From: an uncultured Nitrososphaeria archaeon
Lineage (GTDB): Archaea; Thermoproteota; Nitrososphaeria_A; Caldarchaeales; Wolframiiraptoraceae
Length of the DNA: 56,466 nt
Assembly (NCBI GenBank): GCA_964637915.1
Contig: CAZWXN010000002.1
Coordinates: 1 to 56,466, forward strand
Reading direction: 5' to 3'
Position 1 is the stretch's first letter. Each line of letters begins with the position of its first letter. Positions 1-7,976 of this stretch are shown in pieces. The translations under genes and the position numbers were made by a program. The notes beneath the pieces are model-generated. The model saw nothing but the letters and a program-made list of their open reading frames with translations. It made no database searches and was not told the origin of the DNA.

Positions 1-515
1 GGATCTACGCGGACGCCGACCATAATCCCCTCGGAGCTGAGCTTCTCCACGGCATTAAGCCTCCTCGAGGGCGGAGGCGCGCCTGGCTCAAGCCTACGAG
101 CAAGAGCATCATCAAGGGTGGTTATCGTTAGTGTCACTGCGCATCTAAGCCTCCTGAGTAGATCCAGATCCCTGAGAACAAGATCGCTCTTCGTTATGAC
201 TAGGATTCTCAGGTTCCTCCCTTGGAACTCTTCTAGACAGAGCCTCGTAAGCTGCATACCCTGCTCCATCGGCGGATAAGGATCAGAGCTATTCGACATG
301 GAGATAAGTGCGTTATCAGGTAACCGAGCCACATCGCCCCTAACGAGCCTTAGGAGATCCTTCTTAGGCCTACACTCATGAAACCTCCTAACATATGATG
401 AGGCATAACAGTAGAGACAACCATGCTCGCATCCAGTATAAGGGTCGAAGGAGAACTTCGGCGGGCATGTGCAAAGTCTGCCCCTCCAGGGATCAAAGGG
501 CCTTATGATGATCAT
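1..515 (-). CDS. radical SAM protein, SplB/COG1533-like (N-terminal part only; C-terminus lies beyond the window edge)
   Basis: Own translation of the minus strand from ATG 515-513 (GTG 521 also possible): MIIIRPFDPWRGRLCTCPPKFSFDPYTGCEHGCLYCYASSYVRRF... It has the CX3CX2C radical-SAM cluster motif CEHGCLYC. The frame stays open to position 1, which is presumably why it is missing from the ORF track. Confidence 0.6.
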   Translation of the reverse strand, partial: MIIIRPFDPWRGRLCTCPPKFSFDPYTGCEHGCLYCYASSYVRRFHECRPKKDLLRLVRGDVARLPDNALISMSNSSDPYPPMEQGMQLTRLCLEEFQGRNLRILVITKSDLVLRDLDLLRRLRCAVTLTITTLDDALARRLEPGAPPPSRRLNAVEKLSSEGIMVGVRVD

Positions 516-666
516 TCTCACGGCCCAGCGCACTCGATACCTTCATCTCATGCAGCTAGCTAAATAGATGGAGCATCCTTTTTAGCGTTCTGCAGCTTTA
601 GGTATAAATAATGCTCGGCGGAAAAAAGCGTTAGAGCCTCTCTTCTAAGGAGCTAGCGGTGAGAGC

Positions 667-1698
667 TTGAGTAGCGGTGTTATGATTCCTCAAGCGGTTA
701 TATGGATAATGAGTGGGGTATGTAATCTCAGCTGCATTCATTGTTATGCAAGTAGGTTTATGGATGTTGAGGAGCTCAAGCTCGAGGAGAAGCTCAGGTT
801 GATTGATGAGCTTGCAGAGCACGGTATATCGTATATAGGCATAACCGGGGGAGAGCCGCTGATAAACCCGGATCTAGAGCCATGTCTCAAGCGAGCACAC
901 GACTATGGCATTGAATGCAGCATTAACACTAATACGCAATGCCTGAATGAGAGGGCCGCCGAGATCCTCGAGAGATACGACGTCTATCTGTTTATTAGTG
1001 TGGATGGATCGCGCAGGGAGGTTCATGAGCGTATTAGGGGCCCGGGGACTTGGAGTAGGCTGATGAGGGGGGTTGAGTCCGCTAGAAGGGCCGGCCTCAG
1101 CTTCTCGACCGTCATGACGATAAATAGCTTGAATTATTTGGATGCTGCAGGATACGTTAAGCTGGCTGAGAGGCTTGGAGCCGATAATGCTTGCATGATA
1201 CCGGTGATGCCCGCTGGGAGGGCTGGCCGGGAGATTGCACCAAACACGAGCCAACTTATCACGGCGCTGAAGCTGGCTGAGTCCGCTGCGAGAAGCATCG
1301 GCTACTGGATCAATGTCTGGTGCTATGTCCCCGGAAAGCTAATCATAGATTCCAGGTACATCTCCACCTGGGCCGACTGTAGAAGGGGTAAAGTGGTCGA
1401 TATAGATCCGGCTGGAAGCCTCCTCCTCTGCGATATTCTAGATATAAGGCTCAGCAATGTGAGGAGGGGATTTATGCAGGCTATCGAAGAATACTTCCAG
1501 AGCAAGGAGATGAGCAAGGTGATGAATCCAGGGCTGAGAGAGCCCTGCGAATCATGTAGCATAAGGGAATCATGCATGGGAGGATGCTATGCTAGATCAT
1601 ACCTCATATTCAAGAGCTTCGATGGACCCGACCCATATTGCCCACGCGCCAACATGGATCTGCATACAAAGGTAATTGGCCAGGTTCAGAGGAGTTGA
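667..1698 (+). CDS. radical SAM / SPASM-domain protein (AhbD/NirJ/PqqE/anSME-like maturase family, substrate unknown)
   Basis: 343-aa ORF (TTG 667; ATG 682 is an alternative start). N-terminal CX3CX2C (CNLSCIHC) and GGEPL motif. The C-terminal SPASM signature is complete: CX11GX4C (CRRGKVVDIDPAGSLLLC), CX2CX5CX3C (CESCSIRESCMGGC) and a final Cys (DPYC). Confidence 0.8.
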   Translation: MSSGVMIPQAVIWIMSGVCNLSCIHCYASRFMDVEELKLEEKLRLIDELAEHGISYIGITGGEPLINPDLEPCLKRAHDYGIECSINTNTQCLNERAAEILERYDVYLFISVDGSRREVHERIRGPGTWSRLMRGVESARRAGLSFSTVMTINSLNYLDAAGYVKLAERLGADNACMIPVMPAGRAGREIAPNTSQLITALKLAESAARSIGYWINVWCYVPGKLIIDSRYISTWADCRRGKVVDIDPAGSLLLCDILDIRLSNVRRGFMQAIEEYFQSKEMSKVMNPGLREPCESCSIRESCMGGCYARSYLIFKSFDGPDPYCPRANMDLHTKVIGQVQRS

Positions 1699-1750
1699 GC
1701 TAATCTCGTGAAAAGGACGGTTCTGCCGGCTTATTTGACGCTAAAGAGCT

Positions 1751-3082
1751 CTATGATGTAGCTTTACCGCCCTCGCTTTCCGCTTTACCTGATCCTGTCT
1801 CCGGCTTCGGCTCAGATATCTTCCTCTCGACAGGCCTTATTATTATCGAGCCGTTTCCATAGTCTATTTCTACTAGGTCGCCTTCCTTTATCCCAAGCCG
1901 CGCCGCTGCATCACTCGGTATCGTAACCCTTCTTCCTGAGAGTATCTTCTGGATCTTCTTCTCCCCATTACCCTCCTCCATCACCTCGGGTGATCTGGGT
2001 TTCTTGGCTAGCTTCTTGGATAGTACTGCGTAGATTCCTAGGCCCACCGCGACTGCCGCTGTCTGGGCGAAGAGGATGTTCTTTGTCAGCGAGCTCTCGC
2101 CGAGGGTTGCCTCATAGACCCTGTTGAGGTAGCTGTAGTCCTCCTCTAAGTCGGCGAGCTTTTGCCTCAGCTGGGCTGCCTCGGCTATCAGCGCATCATG
2201 CCTAGACCTTAGATCATCATGCCTAGCCTTCAGATCATCATACATCGACTTATACGTCCTGAGTTCGGATAATGCTGACTCATAATCTCTGAGAAGGGAG
2301 CTATACTGCTCCTCCAGCTTGTTAAACTGCCTCGTGAGGGAGTCATAGAGCATCCTCACCCTCTCCAAGTCCATGATGGTTGATTGATGCTTACTGCTCA
2401 ACGACTCATAGGAGCTCTGCAGCCTCGAGTAATCCTCCTGAAGCTTCCGATAATCATCCTTCAGATTCTGGTATGATTCCTTTATGGATAGATAGTTGGC
2501 GAGGAGCTGGTTATAATTGTCCTTTAGCTTGCTTAGCTCTTGGCTCTTCTGATCAAGCTCCTTCTCGAGAGCGCTTATCTTACTCTCCAGATTAGAGACC
2601 TTGCTCCGCAGAGTGCTCACCTGAGACTCTAGCTCGGCATAGGTTTCAGCCCTTACAATAGACATGTAGAACTCGTGCGAGAGCCTTCTACTACCATTAT
2701 AGTAGAACTCTATCTCAGCTCTCAGATATGGGTCAACGGGCCTCGCCCTTGGGATGCATACGGGTATTGATTTTGATATCGTGGAGCCGGCCCCGAGAAT
2801 GTCAGCGCTTATGATTGTGTCGCTGTAAAGCGTTCTAACGCCCGAGTTCTCGTGATAGAATATGGAGAATGAAACTTTGAGATCTGTTAAAGTTTTATGG
2901 GCCTTCATCCAGAAGTTTATCGTGAAGCATGTGCTCGTCTTGACCTCGACCGGGTAATCAAGCCTATACTCTAGGTCGTTCTCGACTGTTGAGAAGCCTT
3001 GGGCTGATAGGGGCATGACGAGTGAGGCTATCAAGACCATTACGGAGATAAGCCAGATTAGCCTGATGGGTCTCATGGCCAC
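1751..3082 (-). CDS. single-pass membrane protein: signal peptide, beta-rich ectodomain, ~180-aa coiled coil, TM helix, cytoplasmic SpoVT/AbrB-type domain
   Basis: 443-aa ORF. N-terminal hydrophobic signal (LIWLISVMVLIASLVMPLSAQG). Uninterrupted heptads over aa ~150-328. TM helix ILFAQTAAVAVGLGIYAVLS followed by the basic KKLAKKPR. C-terminal RRVTIPSDAAARLGIKEGDLVEIDYGNGSIIIRPV matches the SpoVT/AbrB swapped-hairpin consensus. Confidence 0.7.
   Translation of the reverse strand: MAMRPIRLIWLISVMVLIASLVMPLSAQGFSTVENDLEYRLDYPVEVKTSTCFTINFWMKAHKTLTDLKVSFSIFYHENSGVRTLYSDTIISADILGAGSTISKSIPVCIPRARPVDPYLRAEIEFYYNGSRRLSHEFYMSIVRAETYAELESQVSTLRSKVSNLESKISALEKELDQKSQELSKLKDNYNQLLANYLSIKESYQNLKDDYRKLQEDYSRLQSSYESLSSKHQSTIMDLERVRMLYDSLTRQFNKLEEQYSSLLRDYESALSELRTYKSMYDDLKARHDDLRSRHDALIAEAAQLRQKLADLEEDYSYLNRVYEATLGESSLTKNILFAQTAAVAVGLGIYAVLSKKLAKKPRSPEVMEEGNGEKKIQKILSGRRVTIPSDAAARLGIKEGDLVEIDYGNGSIIIRPVERKISEPKPETGSGKAESEGGKATS
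2191..2252. repeat. about 2.9 copies of a 21-bp in-frame tandem repeat inside the coiled-coil gene
   Basis: Units are gcgcatcatgcctagacctta / gatcatcatgcctagccttca / gatcatcatacatcgactta. On the minus strand they encode the consecutive heptads MYDDLKA-RHDDLRS-RHDALIA. Confidence 0.8.
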
Positions 3083-3261
3083 GTTCTTCGGTATAAAGAG
3101 AGTGAGGATCTGGGTAATAAGCTACTCCATACATGAGTGCTACAGTGCTGGATGTAGCGGCATGTAGCACCGGAGGGAGGCTCACGGACATAGAAAGCTG
3201 GAGAGGGTATCTTATTAGGCAGTCGGACTCGCTAAAAATAAAGTAATCTGTGGTTCCCTTC

Positions 3262-4665
3262 TTATACGATCACGGTTTTTATACCAAGCAATTTGCAGGC
3301 CTCAGCTATAGGCTCAACATAGTCCCCGTGAATTAGGCTTGCATGATGTATGAATCCCTCCTCTATCAGTGTTCTATAGAGCTTATCTAGGTCGGGGACC
3401 CTCACCCAGACCCAGCTCCCCCTGAACTCCGCCTCCTCCTCGATTGCTTCTCCACGAGTTATAAGCATCTTGAACTCTCCTCGATACTCGACGAGCCTGC
3501 ATATCGTTACTGGCCCCGGCTTAAGCCTGAACTCCGCGGTTCCATAGGATCTCTCGACCCCAACATCCCGATACATGATGCTATGGTACCTTAATGCTGC
3601 TGGGCATCCTGTGCAGACAAGCCCTGGTGGAGCATTCCCACAATGCCATGCTAGGAAGACATTTGGATTCTTCGGATGCTGAATAGTCCAGTCTATGAAG
3701 TGTGGTGGAGTGGTTTCTAGGGATGCCTCATATTGGACTAGCATCGTGAGGGCCCCATAGATATCGACCTCGCAGGAGCACATTATGCCGGACTGGGTAA
3801 GCCTTCCCATGACAAAGCATGGGCTTATGCCATAGTATTTCTGGATCTCCGTCCAGCATCGAATACCCATCCCTGAGAGCCTCCGATCCTTGGCAAGCCT
3901 TCTCAAAACAACCTCCAGTTTCGCCATCTTCAGTAGCGCCTCGGAGGATACCTGGGAGACGTTTATCACGCGCCTCATATCCTCAAGGATGCTCTTTACA
4001 TCCGGATCATCGTCCTTTAGGGCCCTAGCCTCCTCGATGACGCCGAAAAGCGATTCATGAACCACCCTCTGCTTAAATCTCCTGACCATCTCCACCTCAT
4101 TAAATGCGACAGTCTCGAACCTCTCGGGCCTCGGGCCCACGAGACCAATTCTAGCACCTATGAACCTACTGACTATCGCCGCAGCTCTAGCAAATGTCTC
4201 GACCCTCTTCTTGAAGCCATCCTCCTCCGGGAAGAAGATGCCTAGGAAGGTGAAGGGTATCATCCTACGATAGAGGCCCGATGCGAGGGATAGAGTTCCA
4301 CAGAAGGAGTCTGACCGCCTAAAGCCTCCCGGTAGAAGCTCGGGCTCCTTGGTCCCGAAGACCGCGATCGGGTATCCCCTGAACTCCTCGGCCACCCTCG
4401 CTCCAGCGAGCTCATCCCCAAACGTCATCGTCCCTATTAACAGCCCATCAACATTCTCGCGCTTAAACAGCTCTATCACCTTCTCAGCGTCATCATCATC
4501 CCATACGAGACCCATCTTCGTCAAATCCTCGCTGGGATAAACTAACTGGACACCAGGAATCCTTGATACACTTTCAATAACCCTGCGCCTTATCTCAACA
4601 CCCCACTTCTCATCAAAGGGGTATCTATGGAGAGGGACAAAACCTAGCCTAACAGTTCTCATCAA
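3262..4665 (-). CDS. L-fucose/L-arabinose isomerase family protein (COG2407-like sugar isomerase)
   Basis: 467-aa ORF. The overall pattern (N-terminal RLGFVPL..., ...VDGLLIGTMTFGDE..., C-terminal HHASLIHGDY...LGIK) resembles FucI-related isomerases. This is family-level recognition only. Confidence 0.5.
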   Translation of the reverse strand: MMRTVRLGFVPLHRYPFDEKWGVEIRRRVIESVSRIPGVQLVYPSEDLTKMGLVWDDDDAEKVIELFKRENVDGLLIGTMTFGDELAGARVAEEFRGYPIAVFGTKEPELLPGGFRRSDSFCGTLSLASGLYRRMIPFTFLGIFFPEEDGFKKRVETFARAAAIVSRFIGARIGLVGPRPERFETVAFNEVEMVRRFKQRVVHESLFGVIEEARALKDDDPDVKSILEDMRRVINVSQVSSEALLKMAKLEVVLRRLAKDRRLSGMGIRCWTEIQKYYGISPCFVMGRLTQSGIMCSCEVDIYGALTMLVQYEASLETTPPHFIDWTIQHPKNPNVFLAWHCGNAPPGLVCTGCPAALRYHSIMYRDVGVERSYGTAEFRLKPGPVTICRLVEYRGEFKMLITRGEAIEEEAEFRGSWVWVRVPDLDKLYRTLIEEGFIHHASLIHGDYVEPIAEACKLLGIKTVIV

Positions 4666-4706
4666 ATAATGGTATGGATGTCAGTTGCTTAAATAATTTT
4701 CACAAG

Positions 4707-5447
4707 CTATGGCTTTACCCCAAAACTCTCAGACTCCTGTTCTATAAGCGCGTTATAAGCCTCTAGGGCGATTAGCTTCAGCTTTTTAACCGCCTCCTCT
4801 ACAGCACTTTGTCCAAATGTACTTGTTCCCGCAATAATTACATTTGCCCCTGCATATACTATCGAGGAGACGTTAGTGAAATCTACACCGCCGTCAACGG
4901 CTATATCTTTCCGCAGCCCCTGCTTGATCATAAGGCTCCTCAGGCTTCTAATCTTATCCATCATTTCCGGGATGAATTCCTGCCCCCCAAATCCGGGCTC
5001 CACTGTCATCAATAAGATCATGTCAGCATATTTCACAATATATTTTATGGCTGAGAGCGGGGTTGCGGGATTCAGGGCAACGCCCACGCCAACACCCCTT
5101 CTCTTAAGGTGATCTATCAATCGAAACGGATAGCGGCAGGCTTCAATATGGAATATCACGATATCCCCGCCGGCGTTTATCACAGGCTCGACGAGGTCCT
5201 CGGGCCTCTCAACCATTAGATGGACGATGAAGGGGAGGCTTGACCCGCTTCTCAAGGCCTTAATTATCATCGGGCCGAAGCTTATATTGGGGACAAAGTG
5301 CCCATCCATGATATCGAAGTGAAGCATGTCAGCCCCGCCTTTCTCGGCCTTCTTCACTTCTTCCTCAAGCCTCCTGAAATCGGCTGAGAGGATAGAGGGA
5401 ACTATCTTCGGAGGAGGGATTAGAAAGGTATCATGCCTCAAGGTCAT
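4707..5447 (-). CDS. rpe: ribulose-phosphate 3-epimerase
   Basis: IVPSILSADF...GADMLHFDIMDGHFVPNISFGP...VHLMV...GVALNPATP...MTVEPGFGGQEF...VDGG: the classical Rpe motif series. Confidence 0.9.
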   Translation of the reverse strand: MTLRHDTFLIPPPKIVPSILSADFRRLEEEVKKAEKGGADMLHFDIMDGHFVPNISFGPMIIKALRSGSSLPFIVHLMVERPEDLVEPVINAGGDIVIFHIEACRYPFRLIDHLKRRGVGVGVALNPATPLSAIKYIVKYADMILLMTVEPGFGGQEFIPEMMDKIRSLRSLMIKQGLRKDIAVDGGVDFTNVSSIVYAGANVIIAGTSTFGQSAVEEAVKKLKLIALEAYNALIEQESESFGVKP

Positions 5448-5535
5448 ATAACTCAGCCTAAAAGTTGATAATAGCTCTTTCCAAGCTTACATCAAAAAGA
5501 GGGAGGGAGCAAGGAAAATAGAGAGATTAGTGGCT

Positions 5536-6636
5536 TCAGAATATTGTTCTCTCGGTCTTAGCATCGAATATATGGATCTTGTCCATCAGGAGCCCGACCC
5601 AGACCTTACCCCCGATCGGAGGAAGCCTCGTGGTCACGGGTGTTATTGCCTTGAGGAGGTATTCTCCAGCCTTTAGGTCCACGACATAGCTGGAACCCAT
5701 GGGCTCAACCACATAGACATCCGCCTGGAACACGGAGTCCGGAGCCCTTTCCATCGATAATGTCATGTATTCAGGCCTGAACCCTATCACTACTTTGTCG
5801 CTCGTTGCACCCTCCTTGACGAGCCTAGCCAGATCTTGTGGGAGTGGGAGCTCGAATACCCCAGCATCAAGTATTATCCGTGAGTCCCTCTCGACTATCG
5901 TCGCATCGACGAAGTTCATGGGTGGGCTTCCGAGGAAGCCTGCGACGAATATATTCGCGGGCTTCTCATAGACCACGTGGGGCTCATCATATTGGAGGAT
6001 CTTGCCCTTATCCATCACCGCGATCCTATCTCCCATAGCCATGGCCTCGGCCTGATCATGCGTTACATAGATCGTCGTTATTCCCAAGTCCTTCTGGAGC
6101 TTCTTGAGCTCAGCCCTCATGTAGACCCTCAGCTTGGCATCCAAGTTGCTCAGGGGCTCGTCCATCAGCCATACCTGCGGGTTCCTCACAAGAGCTCTTC
6201 CCAATGCTACTCGCTGCTGCTGGCCTCCGCTAAGCTGCCTCGGCTTCCTATCTAATAGGTCCTCGATCCTGAGTAGCCGGGCAACTTCCTTAACCCTCCT
6301 ATCAATCTCATCCTTCGGATACTTCCTCATCTTGAGTGGGAAGGCGAGGTTGTCGTATACGGTCATATGCGGGTATAGAGCATAGCTCTGGAACACCATC
6401 GCAATATCCCTATCTTTGGGCGGAAGATCATTCACAAGCCTATCCCCTATGTATATCTCACCCTCATCAGGCGTCTCAAGCCCCGCGATGCACCTGAGAG
6501 TCGTCGTCTTACCACATCCTGACGGCCCCAGCAGGATCACGAACTCGCCATCCCTCACCTCGAAACTAACACCATCAACAGCAATAGTCTTCTTGTCAAA
6601 GACCTTGCGAAGCCCAACAACCCTCACACCAGCCAA
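5536..6636 (-). CDS. ABC transporter ATP-binding protein, MalK/UgpC-type sugar importer ATPase
   Basis: Walker A GPSGCGKTT, Q-loop, ABC signature LSGGQQQRVALGRAL, Walker B VWLMDEPLSNLD, H-loop YVTHD, and a C-terminal MalK-like regulatory/TOBE region. Start is TTG 6636 or GTG 6627. No permease or binding-protein gene is adjacent. Confidence 0.9.
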   Translation of the reverse strand: MAGVRVVGLRKVFDKKTIAVDGVSFEVRDGEFVILLGPSGCGKTTTLRCIAGLETPDEGEIYIGDRLVNDLPPKDRDIAMVFQSYALYPHMTVYDNLAFPLKMRKYPKDEIDRRVKEVARLLRIEDLLDRKPRQLSGGQQQRVALGRALVRNPQVWLMDEPLSNLDAKLRVYMRAELKKLQKDLGITTIYVTHDQAEAMAMGDRIAVMDKGKILQYDEPHVVYEKPANIFVAGFLGSPPMNFVDATIVERDSRIILDAGVFELPLPQDLARLVKEGATSDKVVIGFRPEYMTLSMERAPDSVFQADVYVVEPMGSSYVVDLKAGEYLLKAITPVTTRLPPIGGKVWVGLLMDKIHIFDAKTERTIF

Positions 6637-6809
6637 ATAACTTAACCCCCTAAATATTTGCGAAAAGACCTATATATAAGCATAATTTCTAGACCTTATA
6701 ACAAAGACAAAAATAAGTCAGCATGACCTTGACACTATTACATAAGCAGGTTGAGGCTTCTCTTTCCATGCTTTCTTTTCTGCGATAAAAGCTTAACGTA
6801 TATATAATT

Positions 6810-7874
6810 GTGAATCAGGTTTTAGAGGCTGGAGGGAGGATTTTGAGGATAGGAGTTTTGACTGGTGGAGGTGATTGTCCGGGACTTAACTCGGTTATCC
6901 AAGCTATTGTCTTAAGGGCGGCTCGTTATGGGTTTGAGGTCTGGGGTATCGAGGATGGCTATAAGGGGTTGATTGAGGGGAGGGCTAGACCGCTAAGGAA
7001 GGAGGATGTAAAGGGCATACATTTTGTCGGCGGCACTATCCTAGGGACCTCGAGGAAGAATCCTGCGAAGTCTGAGGAGGATATGGCTAGGGTCATTGAT
7101 AATGTGAGGAAGCTTGGGCTCAATGCCCTGATAGCGATCGGCGGCGATGATACGCTTGGAGCTGCTCTCAAGCTCTATCAGCGGGGCCTCCCGATAGTCG
7201 GTGTCCCAAAGACGATAGATAATGATCTCTCCGCGACGGATTACTCGATAGGCTTCTGGACCGCTGTCGAGACTATTGCTGATGCCTTGGAGAAGCTTCA
7301 TACGACGGCCAAGTCGCATAAGCGGGTTATCATAGCTGAGATCATGGGAAGGTATGCTGGATGGCTCGCGCTCATGGGCGGGCTTGCCGGCGGCGCACAC
7401 GTGATCCTGATACCGGAGAAACCGCTTGACATAGATGAGGTATGCAGGGTTATCAAGGAGAGGGATGAGAAGGGTGAGGGATACACGCTGATAGCCGTGG
7501 CTGAGGGTGTCAAGATCCCTGAGACCGGTGAGCTCGCGGTCGCCGCGGCCGAGAAAGATGAGTTCGGGCACGTGAGGCTTGGGGGCATAGCGAAGTTCCT
7601 CGAGGAGGAGATTAAGAGGAGGACTGGTAGAGAGGTTAGATCAACGATCCTCGGGTATATTCAGAGAGGAGGGTCTCCATCCGCGTTCGATAGGGTTCTC
7701 GGGGTGAGACTGGGCATTAAGGCTGTCGACTTGGTGAAGGAGAAGAAGTTCGGCCACGCGGTTGTCCTTCGGGGGACAGAGATCGTGCCCGTGAAGCTTG
7801 AGGAGGTTGTCGGCCGCCCGAGATACGTCCCAGAAGAGCTCTTCGAATACACCGACATCTTCCAGGAAAGCTAG
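6810..7874 (+). CDS. pfp: 6-phosphofructokinase, PFK-A family, with pyrophosphate-dependent-type signature residues
   Basis: RIGVLTGGGDCPGLN, IGGDDTLG, VPKTIDNDL, MGRYAGWLAL and YIQRGG motifs align with E. coli PfkA. Asp (7149-7151) and Lys (7209-7211) occupy the positions of E. coli Gly104 and Gly124. The start may be TTG 6843 (MRIGVL...), preceded by GGAGGGAGGA. Confidence 0.85.
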   Translation: MNQVLEAGGRILRIGVLTGGGDCPGLNSVIQAIVLRAARYGFEVWGIEDGYKGLIEGRARPLRKEDVKGIHFVGGTILGTSRKNPAKSEEDMARVIDNVRKLGLNALIAIGGDDTLGAALKLYQRGLPIVGVPKTIDNDLSATDYSIGFWTAVETIADALEKLHTTAKSHKRVIIAEIMGRYAGWLALMGGLAGGAHVILIPEKPLDIDEVCRVIKERDEKGEGYTLIAVAEGVKIPETGELAVAAAEKDEFGHVRLGGIAKFLEEEIKRRTGREVRSTILGYIQRGGSPSAFDRVLGVRLGIKAVDLVKEKKFGHAVVLRGTEIVPVKLEEVVGRPRYVPEELFEYTDIFQES

Positions 7875-7902
7875 CCCCAATCGCATCTTCCAGATCTCTT
7901 TC

Positions 7903-7924
7903 CTCTTTTTCTTTACTTTGTTTC
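7903..7924 (+). terminator. T-rich tract downstream of pfk (candidate archaeal oligo-T terminator)
   Basis: ctcTTTTTcTTTacTTTgTTTc lies 30 nt after the pfk stop codon. Archaeal RNAP is known to terminate at oligo-T runs. Confidence 0.3.
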
Positions 7925-7976
7925 AAGTGTTTAAGGTTTTAAGGTTGTTGAGTTTCCCGGCTATGGGGGTTTCCTC

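Noticed and set aside
631-822. 63-codon minus-strand ORF overlapping the 5' end of the SPASM radical-SAM gene, checked as a possible precursor peptide.
   Set aside because: It overlaps the CX3CX2C-encoding region of the plus-strand gene in antisense. It has no leader/core-like features and no promoter or SD.
2191-2252. 21-bp tandem repeat that could be taken for a minisatellite or a degenerate CRISPR-like array.
   Set aside because: It lies in frame inside a long ORF and encodes consecutive coiled-coil heptads (MYDDLKA/RHDDLRS/RHDALIA). There are only ~2.9 copies, with no spacers.
2964-3191. 75-codon minus-strand ORF upstream of, and overlapping, the coiled-coil/AbrB gene start.
   Set aside because: It overlaps the signal-peptide region of the 443-aa gene in another frame. 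Its composition is Ser/Pro/His-rich and unprotein-like. The TATA-like CTTTATAC at ~3096-3103 fits the 443-aa gene instead.
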